IMG/VR virus record: IMGVR_UViG_3300008111_000027
Coordinates: 1-64,000 of that record
Reading direction: 5' to 3' (one strand)
DNA: 64,000 bases
Source of the DNA: an uncultured virus (IMG/VR IMGVR_UViG_3300008111_000027)
Taxonomy: Duplodnaviria; Heunggongvirae; Uroviricota; Caudoviricetes
In this document: positions 1 to 12,831 of the stretch, piece by piece
How the letters are laid out: every line of letters begins with the position of its first letter
How positions within the stretch are numbered: position 1 is the first letter of the stretch
Notes under the pieces: model-generated
What the model saw: the letters and a program-made list of their open reading frames with translations, nothing else
Told to the model about the DNA's origin: nothing
The model's database searches: none
Made by a program: the position numbers and the translations under genes

Positions 1-3000
1 TGTAACAGTATTAGTAGGTGTATTGGTAGGTGTATTGGTTGGTGTAACAGTATTCGTAGGAGTATTTGTTGGAGTATTTGTTGGACTAACAGTAGCTGCT
101 GGTGTTCTTGTTGGGGTTACGGTATTAGTTGGGGTTACAGTGTTAGTCGGAGTGTTAGTTGGTGTATTCGTTGGTGTAACGGTATTTGTTGGGGTGTTAG
201 TTGGTGTATTTGTTGGTGTTACTGTATTGGTAGGAGTATTTGTAGGACTCAATGTAGGTGTAACTGTATTGGTCGGTGTTAAAGTTGGTGTAACTGTCTT
301 TGTTGGTGTATTAGTAGGTGTCTGAGTTGGTGTAACTGTATTAGTCGGAGTATTAGTAGGCGTAACAGTGTTTGTTGGAGTATTGGTTGGGGTATTTGTA
401 GGAGTTACCGTATTGGTTGGGGTGTTTGTAGGAGTATTGGTAGGGGTGACAGTCTTGGTTGGAGTATTTGTGGGGGTAACAGTATTTGTTGGGGTAACCG
501 TATTAGTTGGTGTGTTGGTTGGAGTATTTGTTGGGGTTAGAGTTGGTGTAACAGTTTTTGTTGGTGTATTAGTTGGAGTAACGGTATTTGTTGGGGTATT
601 GGTTGGGGTATTTGTAGGAGTTACCGTATTAGTCGGGGTATTAGTAGGCGTAACAGTGTTTGTTGGAGTATTGGTTGGGGTGTTTGTAGGAGTTAAGGTA
701 GGTGTAACAGTCTTGGTTGGGGTGTTGGTTGGTGTAACTGTATTAGTAGGTGTGTTAGTTGGTGTAACTGTATTAGTAGGTGTATTTGTTGGAGTATTTG
801 TTGGGGTAACAGTATTCGTAGGAGTATTGGTCGGTGTTAATGTAGGAGTAACAGTTCTTGTTGGAGTATTTGTTGGGGTAACAGTATTCGTAGGAGTATT
901 AGTAGGTGTTAATGTAGGTGTAACAGTCTTGGTCGGAGTGTTTGTAGGAGTATTTGTTGGTGTAACAGTGTTTGTTGGTGTTACCGTGTTTGTAGGAGTA
1001 TTGGTAGGAGTGTTCGTTGGAGTATTGGTTGGTGTTAATGTAGGTGTAACAGTATTAGTAGGTGTTAATGTAGGTGTAACAGTCTTGGTTGGGGTGTTTG
1101 TAGGAGTATTTGTTGGTGTAACGGTGTTCGTAGGGGTAACTGTAGGACTCAATGTAGGGGTTACAGTATTGGTCGGAGTATTAGTAGGTGTTAATGTAGG
1201 TGTAACAGTCTTGGTTGGTGTATTGGTTGGGGTAACCGTGTTAGTTGGTGTGTTGGTGGGTGTTACTGTATTAGTAGGAGTAACTGTAGGACTCAATGTA
1301 GGAGTTACAGTCTTGGTTGGTGTATTAGTGGGTGTGTTTGTTGGTGTAACAGTATTGGTTGGGGTAACCGTGTTAGTTGGTGTGTTGGTTGGAGTATTTG
1401 TTGGGGTATTGGTTGGGGTGACTGTCTTAGTCGGTGTATTAGTTGGGGTTACTGTATTTGTTGGTGTAACCGTATTTGTTGGTGTATTTGTGGGTGTATT
1501 GGTTGGAGTTAAAGTTGGTGTTACAGTTTTTGTTGGTGTGTTGGTCGGTGTAACTGTATTTGTTGGTGTATTTGTGGGTGTATTGGTCGGTGTAACTGTA
1601 TTTGTTGGAGTATTTGTTGGGGTGTTAGTGGGTGTAACAGTATTAGTAGGAGTATTTGTGGGCGTATTGGTCGGTGTAACTGTATTTGTCGGAGTATTGG
1701 TTGGGGTATTTGTTGGTGTAACGGTGTTCGTAGGGGTAACTGTAGGACTCAATGTAGGGGTTACAGTGTTTGTAGGAGTGTTTGTGGGAGTGTTGGTTGG
1801 GGTAACTGTATTAGTAGGAGTAACTGTAGGGGTGACAGTTTTAGTAGGTGTATTAGTTGGAGTATTGGTAGGGGTTACAGTATTAGTAGGGGTATTTGTA
1901 GGAGTTAATGTAGGAGTTACAGTCTTGGTTGGGGTATTTGTTGGTGTAACGGTGTTCGTAGGGGTAACTGTAGGACTCAATGTGGGAGTCACCGTATTGG
2001 TCGGAGTATTGGTGGGGGTTACTGTATTAGTAGGAGTATTAGTAGGAGTATTGGTTGGGGTTACCGTGTTGGTCGGAGTTAAAGTTGGTGTAACAGTTTT
2101 TGTTGGTGTATTGGTTGGAGTTACAGTGTTCGTAGGGGTATTTGTTGGTGTTAGAGTTGGTGTAACAGTTTTTGTTGGTGTATTAGTAGGAGTTACGGTG
2201 TTAGTTGGAGTGTTGGTAGGTGTGTTAGTTGGTGTTACAGTGTTGGTTGGTGTATTAGTAGGTGTCTGAGTTGGTGTAACTGTCTTGGTTGGGGTATTAG
2301 TTGGCGTTACAGTATTGGTTGGGGTTACCGTATTTGTAGGAGTTACGGTATTGGTTGGAGTAACAGTATTAGTCGGCGTTACTGTGTTAGTTGGGGTGTT
2401 AGTGGGGGTAACAGTATTAGTAGGAGTAACGGAATTCGTGGGAGTGTTTGTAGGAGTGTTTGTTGGTGTTAATGTAGGTGTTACGGTTTTTGTTGGTGTA
2501 TTGGTTGGGGTTACTGTATTTGTAGGAGTATTTGTAGGAGTTAAGGTAGGTGTAACAGTATTGGTTGGGGTATTGGTAGGTGTGTTGGTCGGGGTGACTG
2601 TGTTAGTTGGTGTAACTGTATTAGTTGGTGTATTCGTAGGGGTTTGAGTTGGTGTAACAGTATTGGTTGGGGTATTTGTTGGAGTTAAAGTTGGTGTGAC
2701 AGTTTTTGTTGGTGTATTGGTAGGAGTTACGGTATTTGTAGGAGTATTAGTCGGTGTCTGAGTTGGTGTTACGGTGTTTGTTGGAGTATTGGTTGGAGTT
2801 AATGTAGGTGTTACAGTCTTGGTTGGTGTATTAGTTGGTGTTACAGTATTAGTAGGTGTAACAGTATTAGTAGGTGTAACAGTGTTTGTAGGTGTAACGG
2901 TATTGGTGGGAGTCACCGTATTAGTTGGTGTGTTAGTTGGGGTTACGGTGTTGGTTGGAGTAACGGTATTTGTTGGGGTGTTTGTAGGAGTGTTTGTTGG

Positions 3001-6000
3001 TGTTAATGTAGGTGTTACGGTTTTTGTTGGTGTATTGGTTGGTGTAACAGTATTTGTTGGTGTGTTGGTGGGTGTGTTGGTGGGTGTTACAGTATTAGTT
3101 GGGGTATTAGTAGGACTCAATGTTGGGGTAACAGTATTCGTTGGTGTTACAGTATTGGTTGGAGTGTTTGTTGGGGTATTTGTTGGGGTTACGGTATTAG
3201 TAGGGGTATTGGTTGGAGTTAATGTAGGAGTAACAGTCTTGGTTGGTGTATTAGTTGGCGTAACAGTGTTTGTTGGGGTGTTAGTTGGGGTATTTGTAGG
3301 GGTTACCGTATTGGTCGGAGTGTTGGTTGGTGTTAATGTAGGAGTAACAGTCTTGGTTGGAGTGTTTGTTGGGGTAACAGTATTGGTTGGAGTCACTGTA
3401 TTAGTTGGTGTGTTGGTCGGTGTATTTGTTGGGGTTAAAGTTGGTGTGACAGTTTTTGTTGGTGTATTGGTTGGGGTTACTGTGTTAGTAGGAGTGTTTG
3501 TAGGTGTATTAGTAGGGGTATTAGTATTAGTCGGGGTATTGGTCGGTGTAACTGTATTCGTTGGAGTAACGGTAGGAGTTAATGTAGGAGTAACAGTCTT
3601 GGTTGGTGTATTAGTAGGTGTGTTAGTAGGGGTTACCGTATTGGTTGGGGTGTTAGTCGGGGTAACTGTGTTAGTTGGTGTGTTAGTTGGTGTGTTGGTC
3701 GGAGTTACCGTATTTGTTGGAGTATTTGTAGGGGTTAAGGTAGGCGTAACAGTTCTTGTTGGAGTATTGGTCGGTGTAACTGTATTCGTTGGAGTTACAG
3801 TGTTAGTGGGGGTTACGGTATTGGTCGGCGTTACAGTGTTAGTCGGTGTTACCGTATTAGTTGGAGTATTTGTTGGCGTAACAGTGTTTGTTGGAGTTAC
3901 AGTGTTTGTGGGGGTATTGGTTGGAGTATTGGTGGGAGTCTGAGTTGGGGTGACTGTCTTAGTTGGGGTATTGGTCGGGGTAACTGTGTTGGTTGGAGTA
4001 ACGGTATTTGTTGGGGTATTGGTCGGGGTATTGGTTGGAGTTAAAGTTGGCGTAACAGTGTTTGTTGGTGTATTGGTAGGTGTTACAGTATTAGTTGGGG
4101 TATTGGTTGGAGTTAAAGTTGGTGTAACAGTTTTTGTTGGTGTATTAGTTGGCGTTACAGTATTAGTTGGTGTGTTAGTTGGTGTGTTTGTTGGGGTTAC
4201 CGTATTGGTCGGAGTTACCGTAGGACTCAATGTAGGAGTTACAGTATTAGTTGGTGTGTTGGTTGGTGTGACTGTATTCGTTGGAGTGTTAGTAGGTGTC
4301 TGAGTTGGGGTAACAGTATTTGTTGGAGTATTGGTAGGAGTATTGGTAGGGGTTACAGTATTGGTAGGAGTATTGGTAGGGGTTACAGTATTGGTAGGAG
4401 TATTCGTTGGGGTTAGAGTTGGTGTAACAGTTTTGGTAGGAGTATTAGTAGGGGTTACAGTATTTGTAGGAGTTACCGTAGGACTCAATGTGGGAGTCAC
4501 CGTATTAGTTGGTGTATTGGTTGGGGTTACGGTGTTGGTTGGAGTGTTTGTAGGTGTATTAGTTGGAGTAACAGTATTTGTAGGTGTATTAGTCGGGGTA
4601 TTGGTTGGTGTTACGGTGTTGGTTGGGGTTAAAGTTGGTGTGACAGTTTTTGTTGGTGTATTGGTTGGCGTAACAGTGTTTGTCGGAGTATTAGTTGGGG
4701 TGTTGGTTGGTGTATTAGTTGGAGTTACAGTGTTGGTTGGAGTGTTAGTTGGTGTTACGGTATTGGTTGGGGTTACTGTGTTTGTAGGAGTATTGGTCGG
4801 TGTATTCGTTGGGGTTAGAGTTGGTGTAACAGTTTTGGTAGGAGTATTAGTAGGAGTTATAGTATTCGTTGGTGTGTTGGTCGGTGTAACAGTATTAGTT
4901 GGGGTGTTGGTTGGGGTGTTGGTTGGAGTAACAGTATTAGTTGGAGTATTAGTTGGGGTGTTGGTTGGAGTAACAGTGTTTGTTGGGGTTACCGTAGGGC
5001 TCAATGTGGGAGTTACAGTTTTAGTAGGGGTGTTTGTTGGAGTTACGGTGTTGGTTGGGGTATTGGTTGGTGTGTTAGTTGGTGTAACTGTATTAGTGGG
5101 AGTCACTGTAGGGCTCAATGTTGGAGTTACAGTGTTGGTTGGGGTGTTAGTTGGTGTATTGGTTGGTGTAACTGTATTCGTTGGAGTGTTTGTAGGAGTG
5201 TTGGTTGGGGTTACAGTATTAGTTGGTGTGTTGGTTGGAGTTAATGTAGGTGTAACGGTTCTTGTGGGGGTGTTGGTAGGGGTTACGGTATTAGTTGGAG
5301 TGTTTGTTGGGGTATTTGTTGGGGTTACGGTATTAGTTGGAGTGTTTGTTGGGGTATTTGTTGGGGTTACGGTATTAGTAGGGGTATTGGTTGGGGTATT
5401 TGTTGGGGTTACGGTATTAGTAGGGGTATTGGTTGGAGTTAATGTAGGTGTAACGGTTCTTGTGGGGGTGCTGGTAGGGGTTACGGTGTTAGTTGGAGTG
5501 TTGGTAGGTGTGTTAGTTGGCGTAACGGTGTTAGTTGGAGTCACAGTCGGACTCAATGTAGGTGTTACTGTATTTGTTGGGGTGTTGGTAGGGGTATTTG
5601 TAGGTGTTACGGTGTTGGTAGGTGTAACTGTTGGACTCAATGTAGGAGTCACAGTATTTGTTGGTGTATTTGTAGGTGTGTTAGTTGGGGTAACGGTATT
5701 AGTTGGAGTGTTGGTTGGTGTATTTGTTGGTGTTACTGTGTTAGTAGGGGTATTTGTGGGAGTATTTGTAGGTGTTACGGTGTTGGTAGGTGTAACTGTT
5801 GGACTCAATGTGGGAGTCACAGTTTTAGTAGGAGTATTTGTAGGTGTTACGGTGTTGGTAGGTGTGTTTGTTGGGGTATTGGTTGGAGTTACCGTATTCG
5901 TCGGAGTATTAGTAGGGGTGTTAGTTGGAGTTACAGTGTTTGTTGGTGTGTTTGTAGGGGTATTGGTAGGTGTTACTGTGTTAGTAGGAGTATTTGTAGG

Positions 6001-9000
6001 AGTATTGGTTGGTGTTACGGTATTTGTAGGAGTTACAGTTGGTGTTAATGTAGGAGTCACCGTGTTTGTTGGGGTATTGGTGGGAGTATTTGTAGGGGTT
6101 ACCGTATTTGTCGGTGTATTGGTTGGTGTTAAAGTAGGTGTAACCGTTCTTGTTGGAGTGTTAGTTGGTGTAACCGTATTTGTAGGAGTATTAGTAGGGG
6201 TGTTGGTAGGGGTTACAGTATTCGTAGGGGTATTGGTTGGTGTATTCGTGGGTGTGACAGTATTAGTTGGTGTTACGGTTGGACTCAGTGTAGGGGTTAC
6301 TGTATTGGTTGGAGTGTTAGTTGGGGTATTTGTAGGTGTAACTGTATTTGTTGGGGTGTTTGTAGGTGTATTAGTTGGTGTAACTGTATTAGTTGGTGTA
6401 TTCGTAGGGGTTTGAGTTGGTGTAACAGTATTTGTAGGAGTCACAGTCGGACTCAATGTGGGAGTCACGGTCTTAGTCGGTGTGTTAGTAGGGGTAACTG
6501 TGTTCGTAGGAGTTACCGTAGGACTCAATGTAGGGGTGACAGTGTTGGTTGGAGTATTGGTTGGTGTGTTGGTTGGTGTTACGGTGTTTGTAGGAGTTAC
6601 TGTATTAGTAGGAGTGTTCGTAGGGGTATTGGTAGGGGTTACTGTGTTAGTTGGAGTGTTAGTAGGTGTATTGGTAGGAGTAACTGTATTGGTTGGTGTA
6701 TTTGTGGGTGTAACAGTGTTAGTTGGTGTGTTAGTTGGTGTGTTGGTAGGAGTTACGGTGTTAGTTGGAGTATTTGTAGGTGTCTGAGTTGGTGTAACTG
6801 TATTCGTAGGGGTTACAGTCGGACTCAGTGTAGGTGTTACTGTGTTAGTCGGGGTAACTGTAGGTGTATTTGTTGGAGTTACAGTGTTGGTTGGGGTGTT
6901 GGTTGGAGTTACGGTGTTCGTTGGAGTATTGGTTGGTGTATTAGTTGGGGTTACTGTATTAGTTGGAGTATTGGTTGGGGTATTGGTTGGAGTTACAGTC
7001 TTGGTTGGTGTGTTGGTTGGTGTTACGGTGTTTGTTGGAGTATTGGTTGGAGTGTTTGTGGGGGTGTTGGTTGGTGTTACGGTGTTTGTTGGGGTGACTG
7101 TATTGGTTGGAGTGTTTGTTGGGGTGTTGGTGGGAGTATTTGTAGGGGTTACCGTATTTGTCGGTGTATTGGTTGGTGTTAAAGTAGGTGTAACCGTTCT
7201 TGTTGGAGTTACAGTCGGACTCAATGTTGGAGTTACTGTATTGGTTGGTGTTAGTGTCGGGCTTAATGTTGGTGTAACAGTACTAGTTGGGGTATTGGTT
7301 GGGGTGTTGGTTGGAGTTACCGTATTGGTTGGTGTATTCGTCGGTGTATTTGTAGGTGTAACAGTATTCGTAGGTGTTACAGTTGGAGTATTGGTTGGGG
7401 TTACTGTGTTAGTTGGAGTATTGGTGGGGGTATTGGTTGGAGTAACAGTATTTGTTGGTGTCACAGTCGGACTCAATGTTGGTGTAACAGTTTTTGTTGG
7501 GGTATTTGTCGGTGTCTGAGTTGGTGTTACGGTATTGGTTGGCGTATTGGTAGGAGTATTGGTTGGCGTATTTGTTGGAGTTACGGTATTAGTTGGTGTG
7601 ACTGTATTGGTTGGGGTGTTAGTCGGCGTGTTCGTAGGGGTGTTGGTTGGTGTTACCGTATTTGTTGGTGTATTAGTAGGTGTGTTAGTAGGTGTTACTG
7701 TATTTGTAGGCGTGTTCGTGGGAGTCTGAGTTGGTGTTACAGTGTTAGTAGGAGTGTTAGTTGGCGTGTTAGTGGGTGTAACAGTATTAGTAGGAGTCAC
7801 CGTTGGACTCAATGTAGGTGTAACAGTATTGGTTGGTGTGTTGGTCGGAGTGTTGGTAGGAGTTACAGTATTAGTAGGAGTCACCGTTGGACTCAATGTA
7901 GGTGTAACTGTATTTGTTGGGGTATTTGTTGGGGTATTGGTAGGAGTTACTGTATTAGTCGGAGTGTTGGTCGGGGTGTTGGTTGGAGTAACAGTGTTGG
8001 TGGGAGTATTGGTTGGAGTGTTAGTTGGTGTATTTGTTGGGGTTACGGTGTTGGTTGGAGATACCGTATTTGTAGGAGTATTGGTTGGAGTGTTAGTTGG
8101 GGTTAGTGTTGGGGTTACGGTGTTTGTTGGGGTATTGGTAGGTGTATTGGTTGGTGTAACGGTATTTGTAGGAGTAACAGTGTTGGTTGGAGTATTGGTA
8201 GGACTTAATGTTGGCGTATTAGTTGGGGTTACGGTGCTGGTTGGAGTCACTGTTGGACTCAATGTAGGTGTAACTGTATTTGTTGGTGTGTTGGTAGGAG
8301 TGTTTGTAGGAGTCACAGTATTAGTAGGAGTCACAGTTGGACTTAATGTGGGAGTTACTGTATTAGTTGGAGTGTTGGTAGGTGTGTTAGTTGGGGTTAC
8401 TGTATTTGTCGGGGTATTGGTTGGGGTATTTGTTGGTGTAACGGTGTTGGTCGGAGTGTTTGTGGGAGTATTTGTAGGAGTTACTGTGTTCGTAGGAGTT
8501 ACTGTAGGACTCAATGTTGGTGTTACTGTATTTGTTGGGGTGTTAGTAGGAGTGTTTGTTGGAGTCACCGTGTTTGTTGGGGTATTGGTGGGAGTATTTG
8601 TTGGTGTAACAGTATTTGTTGGGGTGTTAGTTGGGGTGTTGGTAGGAGTTACCGTATTGGTTGGTGTGTTAGTTGGGGTGTTGGTAGGAGTTACCGTATT
8701 GGTTGGTGTGTTAGTAGGAGTGTTTGTTGGTGTAACAGTATTGGTTGGTGTGTTAGTAGGAGTGTTTGTTGGTGTAACAGTATTGGTAGGAGTTACAGTT
8801 GGGGTGTTGGTTGGAGTTACAGTATTAGTAGGCGTATTGGTAGGAGTATTAGTTGGAGTTACTGTATTTGTAGAAGTATTGGTAGGAGTATTGGTAGGGG
8901 TGACAGTATTGGTGGGCGTATTGGTAGGAGTATTGGTTGGGGTGACTGTATTTGTTGGAGTATTTGTTGGGGTGTTAGTTGGAGTTACTGTATTTGTAGG

Positions 9001-12000
9001 AGTATTGGTAGGAGTATTGGTAGGGGTGACAGTATTGGTGGGGGTGTTTGTAGGAGTATTGGTAGGGGTGACAGTATTGGTTGGAGTATTAGTTGGGGTG
9101 ACTGTATTTGTTGGAGTATTTGTTGGGGTGTTGGTAGGGGTGTTGGTAGGAGTTACAGTATTGGTTGGAGTAACTGTATTGGTTGGAGTGTTTGTCGGGG
9201 TATTTGTAGGTGTCAGTGTCGGTGTTACGGTATTTGTTGGAGTATTAGTAGGAGTGTTAGTTGGTGTAACCGTATTTGTTGGTGTATTTGTGGGTGTATT
9301 GGTAGGAGTAACTGTATTGGTAGCCGTATTGGTAGGAGTGTTGGTTGGTGTATTAGTTGGTGTGACTGTATTGGTCGGAGTTACCGTCGGTGTATTTGTT
9401 GGGGTTACGGTATTGGTAGGGGTTACTGTTGGTGTATTCGTAGGCGTGTTTGTTGGGGTTACGGTATTTGTTGGAGTATTAGTGGGGGTATTCGTAGGTG
9501 TATTGGTTGGTGTTACGGTGTTAGTTGGGGTATTTGTAGGGGTTTGAGTTGGTGTAACGGTATTGGTTGGAGTCACTGTTGGACTCAATGTTGGCGTTAC
9601 CGTATTGGTAGGAGTATTAGTTGGCGTATTGGTAGGAGTAACTGTGTTGGTTGGGGTGTTGGTAGGAGTGTTAGTTGGTGTTACAGTATTAGTTGGTGTG
9701 TTAGTTGGTGTGTTTGTTGGTGTTACGGTGTTCGTAGGGGTGTTAGTAGGTGTCAGTGTTGGGGATACCGTATTGGTAGGAGTGTTAGTTGGTGTATTTG
9801 TAGGGGTTACCGTATTGGTAGGAGTATTAGTTGGTGTATTTGTAGGAGTAGCAGTATTAGTAGGGGTATTTGTTGGAGTATTGGTCGGTGTTACAGTGTT
9901 TGTTGGAGTGTTGGTTGGTGTTACAGTGTTTGTTGGGGTGTTTGTCGGAGTGTTGGTTGGGGTATTCGTTGGTGTTACAGTATTTGTAGGGGTTACGGTG
10001 TTGGTTGGAGTATTGGTGGGGCTTAATGTTGGGGTATTTGTAGGGGTTACGGTGTTGGTTGGGGTCGCTGTTGGAGTCAATGTAGGTGTAACTGTATTGG
10101 TTGGGGTATTGGTAGGAGTATTGGTTGGGGTAACAGTATTGGTAGGAGTAACTGTTGGACTCAATGTAGGAGTAACTGTATTGGTAGGAGTGTTTGTTGG
10201 TGTATTGGTTGGTGTTACAGTATTAGTTGGAGTATTTGTTGGAGTTAAAGTTGGTGTAACAGTTTTTGTTGGTGTATTAGTTGGGGTGTTAGTAGGAGTT
10301 ACTGTATTGGTTGGTGTGTTTGTGGGAGTATTGGTTAATGTAACGGATGGTGTTACAGTGTTGGTTGGTGTTACCGTTGGAGTATTGGTGGGTGTTGGGG
10401 TGCTCGTTGGAGTTGGTGAGGGTAACATTGTATAATCAATGTCACAAGAAGGTGCTGGTGTTGGTGAAACCGTCACAGTTACACTTGGTGTATTTGTTGG
10501 AGTTACAGTATTGGTTGGAGTTACAGTATTTGTCGGGGTGTTTGTGGGGGTAACTGTATTGGTTGGAGTCACTGTTGGACTCAATGTTGGTGTTACAGTG
10601 TTAGTAGGAGTGTTGGTCGGCGTGTTAGTTGGAGTATTGGTTGGTGTTACGGTGTTAGTTGGTGTTACCGTAGGACTCAATGTAGGAGTCACAGTATTGG
10701 TAGGTGTATTGGTTGGAGTATTGGTTGGTGTTACGGTGTTAGTTGGTGTTACCGTAGGACTCAATGTAGGAGTCACAGTATTCGTTGGTGTGTTTGTAGG
10801 TGTATTAGTCGGAGTTACGGTGTTGGTTGGAGTTACGGTATTTGTGGGAGTGTTTGTAGGAGTGTTGGTAGGAGTGTTTGTTGGAGTTACGGTGTTGGTT
10901 GGGGTATTGGTTGGGGTATTGGTTGGTGTAACGGTATTTGTAGGAGTATTTGTAGGTGTCTGAGTTGGAGTTACTGTATTCGTCGGTGTGTTTGTTGGGG
11001 TGTTGGTAGGAGTTACGGTATTGGTAGGACTTAATGTTGGAGTGTTAGTTGGAGTATTTGTTGGAGTTACTGTGTTGGTTGGAGTATTCGTAGGTGTAAC
11101 CGTATTTGTTGGTGTATTAGTTGGGGTGTTTGTAGGTGTATTAGTTGGTGTCACAGTTTCTGTTGGAGTCACTGTAACAGTATTGGTTGGTGTGACTGTA
11201 TTGGTAGGGGTTACGGTGTTGGTTGGTGTAAGTGTTGGTGTTTCTGTGGGAGTATTTGTTGGTGTGTTGGTGGGGGTATTTGTTGGTGTTTCGGTTGGTG
11301 TATTTGTAGGTGTATTAGTTGGAGCTACCGTATTTGTTGGAGTTACAGTTGGAGTGTTAGTTGGGGTAACCGTTGGTGTAACAGTATTGGTAGGAGTATT
11401 GGTTGGGGTTTGAGTTGGTGTAACGGTTGCAGTATTTGTTGGTGTTAGGGTAGGTGTTTCAGTTTGTGTTACAGTGGGTGTATTGGTTGGAGTTACAGTA
11501 TTGGTTGGAGTTACAGTTGAGGTATTAGTCGGAGTGTTAGTTGGTGTTATGGTGTTGGTTGGGGTATTGGTAGGTGTTTCGGTAGGGGTAACGGTTGGAC
11601 TCAGTGTTGGTGTTACTGTGTTAGTCGGAGTATTAGTTGGGGTGTTGGTTGGTGTTTCGGTAGGGGTAACGGTTAGGGTTACGGTGTTGGTTGGAGTATT
11701 GGTTGGTGTTTCGGTTGGTGTTTCGGTTGGTGTATTAGTTGGGGTAACAGTATTGGTTGGAGTTACAGTTGGGGTAACAGTTGGGGTAACAGTTGGAGTT
11801 ACGGTGTTGGTTGGGGTATTGGTTGGTGTTTCGGTTGGTGTTTCGGTTGGTGTATTAGTTGGGGTAACAGTATTTGTTGGGGTGTTAGTGGGTGTTTCAG
11901 TCGGTGTATTAGTTGGGGTATTGGTTGGTGTTTCGGTAGGGGTTACTGTATGAGTTGGTGTATTGGTAGGTGTTTCGGTAGGGGTTACCGTATTTGTTGG

Positions 12001-12546
12001 AGTTACAGTTGGAGTTTCGGTAGGGGTAACTGTATTTGTTGGGGTGTTGGTAGGTGTTTCAGTTGGTGTATTGGTTGGGGTTACCGTATTTGTTGGGGTT
12101 ACAGTTGGAGTTTCGGTCGGAGTAACAGTTGGTGTCTCGGTTGGTGTAACTGTATTCGTAGGAGTTACAGTAGGTGTGTTGGCTGGTGATTCGGTTGGAG
12201 TTACTGTGTTAGTTGGGGTAACTGTAGGAGTTTCAGTTGGGGTAACCGTTGGGGTATTTGTTGGGGTATTGGTTGGAGTTACTGTGTTAGTTGGAGTAAC
12301 TGTAGGAGTTTCAGTTGGGGTAACTGTAGGCTCGTTTGTTGGAGTATTAGTCGGAGTTACGGTATTCGTAGGAGTATTTGTTGGAGTGATAGTATTGGTT
12401 GGGGTAACAGTAGGTGTTTTTGTAACCGTAGGTGTAACAGTAGGGGTTTTGGTAACTGTTGGGGTTGGGGTATTTGAAGTAAAGGTTGTTGGTGTTGGTG
12501 TTAATGATGGTGTAAGTGTTGGTGAAGGTGTAGGTGAAGGTGTAGG
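1..12546. repeat. Degenerate coding tandem repeat of 12/18-bp units ([10 protein letters not shown]) with scrambled third codon positions
   Basis: Extreme G+T-rich + strand. Exact local duplications include a 30-bp unit at 4331-4404 and an 83-bp identity between 6077-6159 and 7127-7209. Confidence 0.95.
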
Positions 12547-12741
12547 GCAAGGAATCTCAGCCACACAAGTTTTATCAAGTGACGGAAAATAAACTGAGTA
12601 AGTACCTAAGTAGTAGTTTGTGTCGTAATAATATGGCATCACGACAGTACCTAAATTCAAGGTACCGCCAGTACAAGGATAAAATGTGATAACACCAATT
12701 TCACCATCAAAATTACCTGTGTTTATTTTTATTAATGCCAT
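1..12741 (-). CDS. Giant Pro/Thr repeat (mucin-like) protein, >4,247 aa, 3' end outside window
   Basis: ATG at 12741-12739 gives [65 protein letters not shown], then ([12 protein letters not shown])n. All + strand Val/Gly shadow ORFs lie in one frame (start mod 3 = 2), the antisense offset of this frame. Their TGA stops read CAG/CAA (Gln) on the minus strand. No stop seen down to base 1. Confidence 0.93.
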   Translation of the reverse strand, partial: MALIKINTGNFDGEIGVITFYPCTGGTLNLGTVVMPYYYDTNYYLGTYSVYFPSLDKTCVAEIPCPTPSPTPSPTLTPSLTPTPTTFTSNTPTPTVTKTPTVTPTVTKTPTVTPTNTITPTNTPTNTVTPTNTPTNEPTVTPTETPTVTPTNTVTPTNTPTNTPTVTPTETPTVTPTNTVTPTESPANTPTVTPTNTVTPTETPTVTPTETPTVTPTNTVTPTNTPTETPTNTPTNTVTPTETPTVTPTNTVTPTETPTNTPTHTVTPTETPTNTPTNTPTETPTNTPTNTVTPTNTPTETPTETPTNTPTNTVTPTVTPTVTPTVTPTNTVTPTNTPTETPTETPTNTPTNTVTLTVTPTETPTNTPTNTPTNTVTPTLSPTVTPTETPTNTPTNTITPTNTPTNTSTVTPTNTVTPTNTPTVTQTETPTLTPTNTATVTPTQTPTNTPTNTVTPTVTPTNTPTVTPTNTVAPTNTPTNTPTETPTNTPTNTPTNTPTETPTLTPTNTVTPTNTVTPTNTVTVTPTETVTPTNTPTNTPTNTPTNTVTPTNTPTNTVTPTNTPTNTPTLSPTNTVTPTNTPTNTPTNTVTPTQTPTNTPTNTVTPTNTPTNTPTNTVTPTNTPTNTPTNTPTNTVTPTNTVTPTNTPTNTPTNTVTPTLSPTVTPTNTVTPTNTPTNTPTNTVTPTLSPTVTPTNTVTPTNTPTNTPTNTPTNTVTPTLSPTVTPTNTVTPTNTPTNTVTPTNTVTPTNTPSVTVTVSPTPAPSCDIDYTMLPSPTPTSTPTPTNTPTVTPTNTVTPSVTLTNTPTNTPTNTVTPTNTPTNTPTKTVTPTLTPTNTPTNTVTPTNTPTNTPTNTVTPTLSPTVTPTNTVTPTNTPTNTPTNTVTPTLTPTATPTNTVTPTNTPTLSPTNTPTNTVTPTNTVTPTNTPTNTPTNTPTNTVTPTNTPTNTVTPTNTPTNTPTNTATPTNTPTNTPTNTVTPTNTPTNTPTNTVSPTLTPTNTPTNTVTPTNTPTNTPTNTVTPTNTPTNTPTNTVTPTNTPTNTPTNTVTPTLSPTVTPTNTVTPTQTPTNTPTNTVTPTNTPTNTPTNTPTNTVTPTNTPTNTPTVTPTNTVTPTNTPTVTPTNTVTPTNTPTNTPTNTATNTVTPTNTPTNTPTNTVTPTNTPTNTPTNTVTPTLTPTNTPTNTPTNTVTPTNTVTPTNTPTNTPTNTPTNTVTPTNTPTNTVTPTNTPTNTPTNTVTPTNTPTNTPTNTVTPTNTPTNTPTNTVTPTNTPTNTPTNTVTPTNTPTNTSTNTVTPTNTPTNTPTNTVTPTNTPTVTPTNTVTPTNTPTNTPTNTVTPTNTPTNTPTNTVTPTNTPTNTPTNTVTPTNTPTNTPTNTVTPTNTPTNTPTNTVTPTNTPTNTPTNTVTPTLSPTVTPTNTVTPTNTPTNTPTNTVTPTNTPTNTPTNTVTPTNTPTNTPTNTVTPTLSPTVTPTNTVTPTNTPTNTPTNTVTPTLSPTVTPTSTVTPTNTPTLSPTNTPTNTVTPTNTVTPTNTPTNTPTNTVTPTLTPTNTPTNTPTNTVSPTNTVTPTNTPTNTPTNTPTNTVTPTNTPTNTPTNTVTPTNTPTNTPTNTVTPTLSPTVTPTNTVTPTNTPTNTPTNTVTPTLSPTVTPTNTVTPTNTPTNTPTNTVTPTQTPTNTPTNTVTPTNTPTNTPTNTVTPTNTPTNTPTNTPTNTVTPTNTVTPTNTPTNTPTNTPTNTVTPTQTPTNTPTKTVTPTLSPTVTPTNTVTPTNTPTNTPTNTVTPTNTPTVTPTNTVTPTNTPTNTPTNTVTPTNTPTNTPTSTVTPTLSPTLTPTNTVTPTLSPTVTPTRTVTPTLTPTNTPTNTVTPTNTPTNTPTNTPTNTVTPTNTVTPTNTPTNTPTNTPTNTVTPTNTPTKTVTPTNTPTNTPTNTVTPTNTPTNTPTNTVTPTNTPTNTVTPTNTPTVTPTNTVTPTLSPTVTPTNTVTPTQTPTNTPTNTVTPTNTPTNTPTNTVTPTNTPTNTVTPTNTPTNTPTNTVTPTNTPTNTPTNTVTPTNTVTPTNTPTNTPTNTVTPTLSPTVTPTNTVTPTNTPTKTVTPTLSPTVTPTNTVTPTQTPTNTPTNTVTPTNTPTNTPTNTVTPTNTPTNTPTNTVTPTLSPTVTPTNTVTPTNTPTNTPTNTVTPTNTPTNTPTNTVTPTNTPTRTVTPTLTPTNTPTNTVTPTNTPTNTPTNTVTPTLTPTVTPTNTVTPTNTPTNTPTNTVTPTNTPTNTPTNTVTPTNTPTNTPTNTVTPTNTPTNTPTNTVTPTNTPTKTVTPTLSPTVTPTNTVTPTNTPTNTPTNTVTPTNTPTNTPTNTVTPTNTPTNTPTNTVTPTLSPTVTPTNTVTPTNTPTNTPTNTVTPTLSPTVTPTNTVTPTNTPTNTPTNTVTPTSTPTRTVTPTLTPTNTPTNTVTPTNTPTNTPTNTVTPTNTPTNTPTNTVTPTNTPTNTPTNTVTPTNTPTRTVTPTLTPTNTPTNTVTPTNTPTNTPTNTVTPTNTPTNTPTNTVTPTLSPTVTPTNTVTPTNTPTNTPTNTVTPTNTPTKTVTPTLSPTVTPTNTVTPTNTPTNTPTNTVTPTNTPTNTPTNTVTPTNTPTNTITPTNTPTKTVTPTLTPTNTPTNTPTNTVTPTNTVTPTNTPTNTVTPTNTPTNTPTNTPTNTVTPTNTPTKTVTPTLTPTNTVTPTNTPTNTPTNTVTPTNTPTNTPTNTVTPTNTPTNTVTPTLSPTVTPTNTVTPTNTPTKTVTPTLTPTNTPTNTVTPTNTPTNTVTPTNTPTNTPTNTVTPTQTPTNTPTNTVTPTNTPTNTVTPTLSPTVTPTNTVTPTNTPTNTPTNTVTPTNTPTKTVTPTLTPTNTPTNTVTPTNTPTNTVTPTLTPTNTPTNTPTNTVTPTNTVTPTNTPTKTVTPTQTPTNTPTNTPTNTVTPTNTVTPTNTPTNTVTPTNTVTPTNTVTPTNTVTPTNTVTPTNTPTRTVTPTLTPTNTPTNTVTPTNTPTNTPTNTVTPTNTPTNTVTPTNTPTNTPTKTVTPTLTPTVTPTNTVTPTNTPTNTNTPTNTPTNTPTNTVTPTNTPTKTVTPTLTPTNTPTNTPTNTVTPTNTVTPTNTPTKTVTPTLTPTNTPTNTVTPTNTPTNTPTNTVTPTNTPTKTVTPTLTPTNTPTNTVTPTNTPTNTPTNTVTPTNTVTPTLSPTNTPTNTVTPTNTPTNTPTNTVTPTNTPTKTVTPTLTPTNTPTNTPTNTVTPTNTVTPTNTPTNTVTPTNTVTPTNTVTPTNTVTPTNTVTPTNTPTKTVTPTLTPTNTPTNTVTPTQTPTNTPTNTVTPTNTPTKTVTPTLTPTNTPTNTVTPTQTPTNTPTNTVTPTNTVTPTNTPTNTPTNTVTPTLTPTNTPTNTVTPTNTPTKTVTPTLTPTNTPTNTPTNSVTPTNTVTPTNTPTNTVTPTNTVTPTNTVTPTNTVTPTNTVTPTNTPTKTVTPTQTPTNTPTNTVTPTNTPTNTPTNTVTPTNTPTKTVTPTLTPTNTPTNTVTPTNTPTKTVTPTLTPTNTVTPTNTPTNTPTNTVTPTNTPTNTVTPTLSPTVTPTNTVTPTNTPTKTVTPTLTPTNTPTNTVTPTNTPTNTPTKTVTPTVTPTNTVTPTNTPTNTPTNTVTPTLSPTVTPTNTVTPTNTPTNTPTNTVTPTNTPTNTPTNTVTPTNTPTNTPTNTVTPTNTPTNTPTNTVTPTNTPTKTVTPTLTPTNTPTNTPTNTVTPTNTVTPTNTPTKTVTPTNTPTNTPTNTPTNTVTPTNTVTPTNTPTNTPTKTVTPTLSPTVTPTNTVTPTNTPTNTVTPTNTPTKTVTPTLTPTNTPTNTVTPTLSPTVTPTNTVTPTNTPTNTPTKTVTPTLTPTNTVTPTLTPTNTPTNTPTNTPTNTVTPTNTVTPTNTPTNTPTKTVTPTLTPTNTPTNTVTPTNTPTRTVTPTLTPTNTPTNTVTPTNTPTNTPTNTVTPTNTPTNTVTPTNTPTKTVTPTLTPTNTPTNTPTNTVTPTNTPTNTVTPTNTPTNTPTNTVTPTNTPTKTVTPTLTPTNTPTNTPTNTVTPTNTVTPTNTPTKTVTPTNTPTNTPTNTVTPTNTPTNTPTNTVTPTNTPTNTVTPTQTPTNTPTKTVTPTLTPTNTVTPTLSPTNTPTNTVTPTNTPTNTPTNTVTPTNTPTNTPTNTVTPTNTVTPTRTPAATVSPTNTPTNTPTNTVTPTNTPTNTPTNTVT

Positions 12742-12781
12742 TTAAATCTACAGTCTTATCTATATCTATTTTTATTATAAA

Positions 12782-12810
12782 AATATACTCATTTATTCGG
12801 GTATTGTCAA
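12782..12810 (-). promoter_or_regulatory. Sigma70-like promoter upstream of the giant repeat gene
   Basis: Minus strand reads TTGACA-N17-TATATT about 40 nt upstream of the ATG. Confidence 0.55.
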
Positions 12811-12831
12811 CGTCTATTTTTACAGTTTTTA

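Noticed and set aside
1..12546. CRISPR array, telomere-like or satellite DNA
   Set aside because: No constant repeat with unique spacers. Variation is concentrated in third codon positions, which indicates protein coding.
1..12546. Ice-binding TxT beta-solenoid or N-glycosylated protein
   Set aside because: Pro every 4-6 residues is incompatible with a beta-solenoid, and Asn occurs as N-T-P or N-T-V rather than N-x-S/T. Ice activity of a glycosylated form is not excluded but has no support here.
23..12592. Many + strand Val/Gly-rich 'membrane protein' ORFs and Cys/Trp-rich ORFs
   Set aside because: They are antisense shadows of the Pro/Thr gene: GTN/GGN are the offset complement of ACN/CCN, and the + frames are broken by stops while the minus frame stays open.
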